A DNA stretch of 64,000 bases from contig CM030332.1 of the NCBI GenBank assembly GCA_017654855.1, positions 7,564,001 through 7,628,000 of the forward strand, given 5' to 3'. The position numbers and the translations under genes were made by a program. The notes below the pieces were generated by a model, which saw only the letters and a program-made list of their open reading frames with translations, was not told where the DNA came from and ran no database searches. This stretch comes from Podospora anserina (taxonomy: Eukaryota). Within the stretch, counting starts at the first letter, position 1. Each line of letters begins with the position of its first letter. Shown piece by piece: positions 13,392 to 23,157 of this stretch.

Positions 13392-13952
13392 ATGGCCGAC
13401 GTCCAACAGATCCACAACACCATCAAGGCAATCGCCCATGACAAAACCCACATTTCCATCGCCCATACAGCCTATCATCAAAATGCAAGCCGTCTACGGG
13501 TTCTTCTCGATACAGTCGCCGTCCGTCACGGTTTTACCACGGGGACAGTCACAAAAGCAATGGTAGGCCCACTTGGGCCCGGCAATATCTCACCGTTGGT
13601 AGCTGGCTGGGTATATCGCCACCTCTGGAATCTCCGCCAGAGTGAGAGGATGTTGCAGGATATTATAAATCCCAGGGAATACGTCAACCTGAGATACAAC
13701 ATGGATCAGCTTCGATCCTGGACGAACACCATCCGTCGCCCACATGTCCATCAACAAAAATTGGAAGAAATTGCTAAGAAACTGAATGGGATTCCCCAAG
13801 AGCTTCGAACCCGTTTGCGCAAGGTCATCTCAGAGAATGCGAAAATCCAGCAGAGAATTGGCAGGATTGAGAATACCCCGGGTGGGGTTGATGTGGCCGC
13901 TTTGCTGGATGATTCGGACGAGGGAAGCTCCGGGGACGAGGATACATGTTAG
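13392..13952 (+). CDS. Orphan helical protein, copy A (186 aa, acidic C-terminal tail)
   Basis: Good start context (accATGg), open frame, clear paralogy to the ORF at 14504 (LVAGWVYR; Y.MDQL.SWTN). Confidence 0.75.
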   Translation: MADVQQIHNTIKAIAHDKTHISIAHTAYHQNASRLRVLLDTVAVRHGFTTGTVTKAMVGPLGPGNISPLVAGWVYRHLWNLRQSERMLQDIINPREYVNLRYNMDQLRSWTNTIRRPHVHQQKLEEIAKKLNGIPQELRTRLRKVISENAKIQQRIGRIENTPGGVDVAALLDDSDEGSSGDEDTC

Positions 13953-14503
13953 AAGAGGTGGCCTTGACAGGAAGGCAGTTGATGAGCGGTTCTGCCTATC
14001 AGAATTAAAGCTGTGGTTTCCGTCTCTTGTTACCATGATCTATTTCTCTGAATCTTGTCTTCCTCTATTTATTTATTTCTATCCACCTCTGGCAGCTGGA
14101 TAGGCTCTGTCCTGCGCTGCTGGGACGAAAGTAACCAGCTATTGATGCATCTTTGTCAATTTAGCTTTCCCTCTTTTCTTTTCGGTCAGCTGGAAAGGAT
14201 TCATCTTGCTTAGCACGTGTCAGCACAGGGATGCTCCGATAGACTCTGGAAGGGAATATGGCGTCAGGGAGTGAGGGAATCAAGTCTTGGATGTGGGGGT
14301 GCGTTAAATATAAATACTCATGTGTTCTATGACTGTCATCTTTTACGCCATCACCGCTTTCCCTGATCAACACTTTCCCTGATCAACACTTTCCCCTGAT
14401 CAACACTCTCACGCTTCTAATTTCTAAGCATCCGTCTCCCTCTCTCGCATAGTCTTTTAAGACATCCAGCATTTATTACCGACCACAGCAACTCTACAGC
14501 ACT

Positions 14504-15024
14504 ATGCCTGATATCGATGATATTCACGATGCCATTGTGACCATCGCTAGACTCAAGGTGGCCGTTTGCAGACGCCAGACACGGTACGTAGACCAATACA
14601 ACGGTTTACAGTCGATCATAGGTGGAATTTCGCGTCGATACGGCTTCTCGCCTGACTCCGTAACACAAGCTATCACCGGTCAAGTACATTCAGGAGACCG
14701 CTCCATCCTGGTAGCTGGCTGGGTCTATCGAGAACGCATCAAGTTAGCCAACAGCCGTCGACGTCTCAAGTTAACAACCGTACCCAAAGAGTGGCTGATT
14801 CTCTACAGCATGGATCAACTCGGTTCATGGACCAACAGGCTCAACCGTGAGGATGTTTCTCAACAGCGGATTGGGAACAGAATTCTCAATGTCGAACTTT
14901 CAAGGTTCAGAGAAGGATTCCAAGGGTCGAGGCAATTACCCCTGACAGAGGGCTGATTGAGGGTGGGGATATTGATACTTCAGAGGTAGATGAGACAGAG
15001 GATGATAGCTCGGACGAGGATTGA
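14504..15024 (+). pseudogene. Orphan helical protein, copy B; internal deletion/frameshift near 14870-14900
   Basis: The N-terminal frame matches copy A. The homologous C-terminus (KVQRRIPRVEAITP...EDDSSDED*) is in a different frame. Confidence 0.65.
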
Positions 15025-15189
15025 AACATGGCCAACGCAGCAGGAGAGGCAATGTACTTTTTCACAATATATATACATCTGCCCCTTATCTGTGATACTT
15101 TCAACTATAAACTTCAGAACCCGAGGGTTTCATGACATCCCGCAATTCTGCCTCGCCTTAACAACTCTATATCTTTCCACTAACATCTT

Positions 15190-15950
15190 ATTATAGCCGA
15201 CTTGCGGATGCCATCATTGCTCCCATAGGTAAGCAAATTTCTATGCATATATCTTGCTCCCAGGACACCATACCTAAATCATTCTCTCTTCCGTTCTTAG
15301 CTTTTTAGGTGGATATATCTATGCTTGCCTACCATCAGCAACATATGCGGCCTCGCACATTAAAATACCGGTCTGGAACTACCTGTTGTACTATCAGCCG
15401 GACACACTAACTAGCTTCTACAGCACCTCTTGCTCTCTAGAAGCCTATCGGATTGACCCATCCTCTTTCAAAATCTTTATATTCTAGCTCTGTTGCATTA
15501 CCTTGAGAATGAGATGCTGTCTGTTGGGTGAAACTTTTGACCTCTCAGCCACGCGTCAGGTTTTCAAACTCACTTGATCCATGTTATTGGCCCACACCAC
15601 TCACACCATTGAAAAGAGTTCGGACGATTGATGATGACTCTGATATGAGTGATCGGTCTCAACCAGTGGGTTTTCGTTGCTCAAGGTGAACTGGGCTTCA
15701 AAATCTTTGCTCTGTTGACTGGACGGCTATATACCTTAACCTTGGCTTTGCTCAGCCTCTCACGGCATTCTCTCAGAGAAAGTGACCGATCAGATCCAAT
15801 TCAACCCACACCTCCACCGGGTTCACCTCACTGTCACCTGTAATGGAACTACCCGATTTGTCCACTTTGCCCAAGGGTATTTCTACGAATAGAATGACAC
15901 CATGGAGACCAACAAAACGTCTGCATTGCAACGTCCCTTTTTATTGTCTG
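15190..15950 (+). pseudogene. Probable heavily decayed third copy of the same orphan family
   Basis: Fragments AYHQQHMRPRTL (~15327; copy A AYHQNASRLRVL), QGELGFKIFALLTGRLY (~15682; copy A VGPLGPGNISPLVAGWVY) and STNRM (~15882; SWTNRL) occur in the right order. Confidence 0.4.
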
Positions 15951-16352
15951 GCAAAGGATCCCCCGCCAAGCAACAGATACTATCTGCATCTTCCGCATCA
16001 ACAAAAGCTTTTGTGGGAAGCTAATTCAGACAACCTGCCCAGGGATTAGGCACTAATAAAAAGACGAGTTTGAGACGTCGCAACAGGTCCAGCACATGGA
16101 AGTTATCCCAGCCCGAGATTACAGAACTCACCTCGGTCGGCGCTTTGTGTTGTCAACAATCCCCAACCACGGTTGAATTATCATAGACAGTCTGGAGAAA
16201 TAAAATACACAAAAAGGCCATGGCGTAGAACCGTCTGAGGTTTCCGGCTTGGGGATGTTTCCAGAGCTCAGAATGGGCGACGCTCAGGGGCAGTACACAA
16301 CCCTGACCCCTCCCATGAAGAAGTGCATATCCCCCCTCTGTCATTCGTCTTT

Positions 16353-17029
16353 CTACGCACACCCGTCGGGGCGATTGGAGAGACACTGGGTAATACATTG
16401 AGACAATATCCCCTCACCGAGGACAACCCCAAGATCACGGCCCGAATGTCCCTCGCCGCAGTGCCCAAAGATTCTATGCGTCGCCGGAGCCAGCCAAGCC
16501 CAAGCAAAGGGCAAAACCGTCTGCCTGTTCCTACGACCGCATATATCCGTCAGTCTAGGTGTGGGATCTCTCTTGACTCAGGTCTTGATGCAACTCGGCA
16601 GGCAGACACATACCAACTAACGCAAGCTCTGGAGTAGTCTCCATAGAGGCACATAGACCGTGGCGCACGCCATTCCCAACCCTTGTGGTGGAAGAGGACC
16701 CGGACCAGCCGCTCGGTCACCTCTCTCTTCACGCCGTGCTGAGGGGAATAGTCGCATCTGAGCGTTTCATGACAGAAGGCAGGCCGGACAAAGTTTTGGT
16801 GTTGAACAGCAGGGACGGTGGTGTCGTCGATGTCGGTGTATGTTTCGATGAAATAACCATCGGCAAGCGCTTCAGTGCTATCAAGAACCATGCCGGCAGC
16901 CGCCAGTCTTGGGGCCTCGGCTGCTTGACGTGCTTGGAGGATCGCCAAGTTGAGCGAGCGAGTTGATGGGGCGGCTGCTGCCATGCTCACGCCGAGCAGA
17001 GCGGCGATGGTGTAGATTTTGGAGAGCAT
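16353..17029 (-). CDS. Small secreted Cys-rich protein (197 aa, 8 Cys); intron 16613-16531
   Basis: Signal peptide MLSKIYTIAALLGVSMAAAAP. The GTATGT..CTGAC..TAG intron gives ...PRSMCLY..ACVSW-NRQ...HCGEGHSG...QCITQCLSNRPDGCA*. Confidence 0.8.
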
Positions 17030-17317
17030 GTTTTTGGGCGGCGTTTTTGCTTGTTGGAGTTGGTGATGATGGTGCGTTTGGTGAGCAATCTTTTCAAAAG
17101 ATGTGGACAGCTTGTCAACTCATTCCTGATTTCATCCTGTGGTGGCGCGCAAGCCCCTCGAAGTTTAACATGCACACGCGCCATGGTCTTGTATGAGCCC
17201 ACAATGGCAAATGGTGTAAGCCTACGACGTAGTCGGGATAAGTTCAAAAGCCGCCACACTAGTGTACTAGAACAAGATGGAAAATGAGAGAATAGAGATA
17301 GAAAGAATAGTGACAGG

Positions 17318-17540
17318 GAGGATAGGGGCCAGAGAGGATAGGGGCCAGAGAGGATAGGGGCCAGAGAGGATAGGGGCCAGAGAGGATAGGGGCAAAAAGG
17401 ATAGAACTAGGGAGGATGGGACAGAGAGGAGAAGGATAGAGTTAGGGGAGGATGGGGCGGAGAGGAGAATGGCCAGAGAGAATAGAAGGATAAGGATAGA
17501 GAGGATGGGGACAGGGAGGACAAAGGTAGTGGTAGGGAGG
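17318..17540. repeat. 16-bp minisatellite (GAGGATAGGGGCCAGA) x4-5 decaying into a purine-rich tract
   Basis: Units at 17318, 17334, 17350, 17366 and 17382. Confidence 0.9.
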
Positions 17541-18146
17541 ATACGTGCAAAGGCACCATGGTCATGCACAGGTGAGTTGAATGACTGGAAGTGCAGACTG
17601 TGAATGGGTTCTGTGATAATTTGTAGCGTCAAGGAAGCAAATATGATGTGACAAGAGCAAAATACATAGTTCGTGTCCAGGAGAGAGGCCTCAGTCATGT
17701 CATGGCATCAAGACAGAACCACCAGAACCGCTGGTACCGCATAAACACTGTGGCGTTACAAGTACGCTATCAATCGGGCCGTGGTCCTAAGCCTTGACAT
17801 CAATATGCCCACAAAAACTTGACGTGCAGGCTGTTGAGAAGTACCAGGTTGAAACGCTGGGATCCCAGGGTGAGTGGATACTAGAGGTGTTCGGGACCGA
17901 GATGGAGGACCATTCTCGGCTAGCTTCTCTGATGTGTGCCCAGGTTGGCGAGTGACTCGGTGGGTGTAAGTGAGTGCAGTGATATGATGTCTCTGCATAT
18001 CATTTTTGACACCAGAGAGCCACAGCCTGGAAAATATAAAAGGCCTGATACTGACACTGATGGGTGATGGAGAAACTTCCCCTTGGACATCTTCTTCCAT
18101 CCAAACTATCAGAGGCCTCACAATATCTCCAAGTACGCCAGTCAAC

Positions 18147-19061
18147 ATGGAAGGTCCGAGACACAACACCGCCAACAAACGTGTTCTACTTGCCAAACTC
18201 TTGGCAGTCATCACCAAGCACAGCCATTGGCAGCGAACTTGGTCTGATCATTGCTATGTTGAGGCTCAACTTCGCCAGCACACCAACCGTATTTTCGATG
18301 GCCTTGACCTACGTCTCCCTCTGATGGAAAGTCGCCCTTCTACAGAGCCAGCCGCCCCAGTGTCCCCAAACCTCATTGATCCCTGCTTTGTTCCCCTGCC
18401 ATTGGACACAGAGAGAGAGGCAATCATCACGAACCCCTTCGCCATGCTTATGACACCGTCTCTGACCCCGCCAGGGTCGACGATCAGCTGGGATGTCATG
18501 AGCAACCCCTTCGCAGGCTTGCGGTCTTTCAGTGGCATGAGCGAAGCTGGATCTGTTGCCGATGCAGCCACCAAAAAACACACCTGCTTTCCCATGGACC
18601 TAGAAAGACCATACGACCAAGCCTTCTATCCAGAGCCACCTCTCGAGGGGCCGCCTGATCAGATTCGGCACCCTGAGCTAGATCCTGACGAAGAGCAAAA
18701 CCTTCAAGCTGCGCATGATGACGACAAGGTTTGGCAACTTCAGATGCAGTTCGTGTTCAGGGGCGAAGTGATCGAGGTATGGAGGTGGCTCGAACAACGC
18801 AGCCGTTTTCTACATCCGTCTCATATCTCCCTCCAGTTGCAGCTGGCCGTCATCAAAAGTCTCGAGGACTACCTTGTTCCGCCCATTGCCTCTCAGCTAA
18901 TGGATGCTGAGGCGGAGGCAAACGACAATCTTGCCTTGATGACGAAGGAGATCGCTGGCCTAGAGTTATCTATCGACAGAATGTCTCGTGTCTTGGATGA
19001 GCTGGAGCGGGAGGATCGGGACCCCTTTACTGAGCCCATTAGCGTTGTTCTGTTTGACTAG
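18147..19061 (+). CDS. Orphan protein with C-terminal coiled coil (304 aa from aacATGg)
   Basis: Long intronless ORF, TATAAAA at ~18035, heptad-like C-terminus ending ...REDRDPFTEPISVVLFD. Confidence 0.7.
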   Translation: MEGPRHNTANKRVLLAKLLAVITKHSHWQRTWSDHCYVEAQLRQHTNRIFDGLDLRLPLMESRPSTEPAAPVSPNLIDPCFVPLPLDTEREAIITNPFAMLMTPSLTPPGSTISWDVMSNPFAGLRSFSGMSEAGSVADAATKKHTCFPMDLERPYDQAFYPEPPLEGPPDQIRHPELDPDEEQNLQAAHDDDKVWQLQMQFVFRGEVIEVWRWLEQRSRFLHPSHISLQLQLAVIKSLEDYLVPPIASQLMDAEAEANDNLALMTKEIAGLELSIDRMSRVLDELEREDRDPFTEPISVVLFD

Positions 19062-20166
19062 ACGAGGCCGGATGAGGTCGGGTCGCTGTAACTTTTCGTG
19101 TTTCTTCCTGTACATCGATTCAGTACCGTTTCTGTCACACAAAGCCGCAAAACAAATGGGTGGGAGGAGTTACTTGGGTGAATACATACCTAGCGCGAAT
19201 ACAGATTGTCGATCTCCGCGGTGACTCGATGTTCAGATGAATCGCTCTCCCCCCCAGATGACAACCTAGCATCCTGTTTCTTGCTATCCTCTCTGGGCTT
19301 CTGGGACCACACCGGAGCTGTCGACCACTGCCATCTCATGGCTGCCTTGGCTGTCACCTGCCAGGCACCAGTAACCGATGACCCGGGGCCATGAACGCGG
19401 GACATGCGGCCGTTAACTGGAAAGGGAAGGCACCGTTGTCTCTCGGGGTTGTTGCGTGCCGTCCGGGGAAATAAGCTTTCGGTTACTGTTTCTGATCGGA
19501 ACGGCTCGAACGATGGGAGGGGCTGGAAGCCAGACTCGCCTCCTGGATGCTGCTGCGGTAGCATTCAGAGCCCACTACGAGCTGCATGGCTGCGTGTTTG
19601 GCACAGTGCGCGCTAGGTATGAGCCCCTACTCCGCACCTTTGATGTTCAGGTTGACATGGATCAGGACCTGAGAAATAGAGACTGACCGAGCTAGACTGT
19701 GATATCTCGGGACCGATGAGAGGATTCTCAGACCATCCTGAGGTCATCGAGCTTTGGTATTAGCGGGGTCAGCGACGTGTAGTCCAAACCGAGACCGTAT
19801 CCTCGGTCCTGAGAATAACGAGGCAACGCTCAAACTCACAAGGCTGTCCTGGTCAGAGTGTGACTCTCAGGGAGGAGCTTAGGCGGAAGCTCTCTTGTGA
19901 GCTCCAGCAAGCAAGTCTCCCGCCCATGGAAGAACAGCTGGGAGAAGTGCCTTGAGAAAGCCAGGGAGCTCAAGGACATGTCAGAGGCAACATCTAAGTC
20001 TACTCGTTCGACTTCTCCGCAGCTATCTATATATTCTGCACGACTTCCCACCCATGGCAACACTGACTCCCCGGATACCACAGGCTTCTACCTCAACCTT
20101 TCACACACTACTACCATTGTACAACCACAGACGAACTCAACACGACCCCTCACCTCGACACTCAAC

Positions 20167-20850
20167 ATGTTCCGTACCCTTCAGAAGATCTGCCAGGCCG
20201 CCAAAGACCATTTCCGCAAGTACCGCCAGCATCTCGACCTCGGTCGTCCGGTGCAAAAACCTCCTCCCCGCGCCATCCTTAGTGGCCCCCAGCTCGATCG
20301 GATCAAGGCTCTGATTGAGAGGGGTAACACCCAAGCTAACGCCCTCAACATCCGCGCCCGTACCCTCATCGACCTTTCCCATGCTTACCGCCGCGAGAAG
20401 GCCCGCTTGACGGCTGAGATGGAACGCCAGGTTCGCCAGATGAATCACCAGTTCTCCTTGGCTGATCTCAACCACATCATTGCCCTCTACCCAGAGGACG
20501 ACTCGACCCGCGCCGCCGCGGTTGAGTTCCACGACGTCCTCGAGTGGCTCAACAGCAACGAACGCGCTATGCGTCAAGGCCCTGCCGTCTCTGACGCAGC
20601 CTACCACATGGCCACCTGGAACCACAGCGCTCATCTCGCCGGGTTCCCCGATATGTACCCCAACTCTCTCACCATCGAGCAACTCGAGGTGGAGGCTGCC
20701 AAGGTCGAGGCAACGCTTGAGGCGGTCGAGAACAAAGTGTGGTTGATGCGCCGCGAGCTGGACAGTATCGTGGCAGTGGCTAGGTTGGTGAACGGCCTTG
20801 GTGGAAGATGGGACCCCTTTGCCCATATGCTCAAGAAAGAGTTGTACTGA
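20167..20850 (+). CDS. Orphan helical/coiled-coil protein (227 aa)
   Basis: caacATG start, strongly coding-like C-ending codons, TATA-like element ~20029, ends ...GRWDPFAHMLKKELY. Confidence 0.75.
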   Translation: MFRTLQKICQAAKDHFRKYRQHLDLGRPVQKPPPRAILSGPQLDRIKALIERGNTQANALNIRARTLIDLSHAYRREKARLTAEMERQVRQMNHQFSLADLNHIIALYPEDDSTRAAAVEFHDVLEWLNSNERAMRQGPAVSDAAYHMATWNHSAHLAGFPDMYPNSLTIEQLEVEAAKVEATLEAVENKVWLMRRELDSIVAVARLVNGLGGRWDPFAHMLKKELY

Positions 20851-22009
20851 CTTTTTCCGGAGCGTCGTGGGGCTTTATGATCTGAGCTCTCCTGGGGCAT
20901 CATGGAACAAACTCCACCCTTCCCTTTGTTTGCAGTTTTGCTCGGATACACGCTGGTTTTGTTCAAGCAACGTTGGAATTTTGCAATTGCCATGGCTTCT
21001 TGTGGTCAAAGACTTCTTTTAGGGACACAACTGGCCTTGACTTTGACTTTGAGGCCTCGCCTCTACTCGCTGGTATGACCGGCGATTCATGATCGGGAAT
21101 GACACGGATGGGAAAGGGGTTTAGAGGAAAACGGAAAAGGCATCAAAATATTGGTTTGGTTTGGTTTGGATTTCATTGCTTTTCATGGCTTTTTAATTAC
21201 AGCACAGATTGACAGCAATATCAAAAACACTTTGCTTTGGACTTTTGCTCCCTCTCATGATATGTCGTTGTTTCCGCTGGCCCCGGCTCCGAGCCCCAAA
21301 GCCTCGAGCCATCCGATCTCACCGGTGGAAAACGGGTGGCACCGCCCCAAATCACCAAGTCAAACGTCAACTGTCAAACGGTCAGCGTCAAGGGTAGCGC
21401 CATGTTCGTCCCATCCAAAACAGCCGGCTTCAATCAATGTCACAGTTGTGCCACGACAAAACGACAGAACGACCTGCAGGTGCGGAAATAAACTTTCAGA
21501 GCTACCATAAGGCTGGCTGGTACAGCAAGGGTGGCAAAGGACACCATCTCATCCGCCTCGCTACAAAATCACACCGAGCCAAGTTAGTTCCCTCTTGGGG
21601 GCTGCCAGGTGTACATCTCCTCGTCTTGACCCGAGCAGCCTCTTCTCCTCTGTTTGGAGTTGCGTAGCCAGCCTACCGGCCGTCATGCTCACCCTCATAT
21701 CGACCCATTCGGCCCGTATAAGCTGCTGCAAGGCAGTCGGGCAGCTCGGGTATCTCACTGTTTACCTACCTCTTTCTGTCTAGTATGCTACCTTTGGTCA
21801 AGTTTCATGTCTGGGCCTCCAATGCTAGAGGAGGCAAATCGCTGTCAGAATGGGGCGTGGATGTGGGCGTGGCATTTCCATTGCTTCCATGCTTTGCCTG
21901 CATAGGATACGTCTGTCCTGCTCTCCATGTCTCCACGTCTTGTCTTTCTGGTTCCTTCCTGGCCTGCATTTGAACTCCCAGCTTGCATCAGACTGCTCCT
22001 GGCCTGCCA

Positions 22010-22310
22010 TTTTTATTTATTTATTTTTTTATTTTTTTATATTTTTTATTTTTTTATTTTATATTTATTTATTTTTTATTTATTTATTTTTGATTTATTT
22101 ATTTTCTATTTATTTATTTTCTATTTATTGATTTTTTTATTTTTTTATTTTTTATTTATTTTTTTTATTTTTTATTTTTTATTTTTTATTTTTTATTTTT
22201 TATTTTTTATTTTTTATTTTTTATTTTTTATTTTTTATTTTTTATTTTTTATTTATTTGTTTATTTTTTATCTGTTTTTTTTATTTGTTTTTTTTTTATT
22301 TTTAACTTTT
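22010..22310. repeat. ~300 bp (TTTTTTA/TTTA)n low-complexity tract
   Basis: Almost pure T/A sequence with a recurring 7-mer. Confidence 0.95.
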
Positions 22311-23157
22311 TCCCATGCTTCCCCTGACAGATTAGGCATAGCACCCAGAGAAGCCCGAATACCTACGGCCGGATGGACATTCACTGCATGAAATCGCGCC
22401 GGACGGGGGAAGAAATCGAGCGGCGCCCCTTCCCTCGCCATGCAGCAGCCCACGCATTCCAGCCAGGTTTCCAGGTGGCGATGCAACTCTCAAGCTTTTC
22501 GCATGTACATGATCACATCGGGGGGAAAGAGGGGGTGGAGGTCATGCTCTGTCTCAGAATAATTGTAGGGCGCCGCGGAGGGGCAGGGGACAGGGGATGA
22601 GGGGAGGGGAAAAGGTTGACGCCACAGGACCGCATTTGATGCCAGGCATGTGATTTGGGGAGGAGGGAGACGTGTGAGTGGGGAGGGGAGCTGTGTTTTG
22701 TGGAATTGTGCTGATGGGATGGAGTGGCATAGCATAATTTGTGCCTGCTGCTGGGTGATGTGAATCAGGGGTTCAAGGGGGTGCCAAGACTTGAGGTCTT
22801 GGATGAAGCCATCACGAGATGTAATAATAACGGCAGCATGACAGGCGCTCACCTCCTCGAGATCTGGAGCACAGGGAAGAATTGGGACCGAGGCCTTGAA
22901 AAACAGCTGTAGCAAACGAATGTTCATGGTCAATTGATGCTATGTTGCCTGCCTTGCACCTTGCCAGCTCCAGGCAGGACAACCTCGGGCGAGGTTGAGT
23001 AACAACCATCGTACTCCAAATACCGATCAGCTCCCTCCCTTTCTCATATGTGCTCATCATCCTCATTATGTGCCCATCGTCCCCATTTGTGCTCACCACG
23101 CCATCTTCGCCTCTGTTCTCAACTCGCACCCACACAGACAATGGTTGTCAGTCCCTT

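Noticed and set aside
19190-19850. Short ORFs between the orphan genes
   Set aside because: No motif or similarity I can support; may be decayed sequence
21850-22391. F/I/Y-rich 'membrane' ORFs
   Set aside because: Translation of the poly-T/TTTA tract
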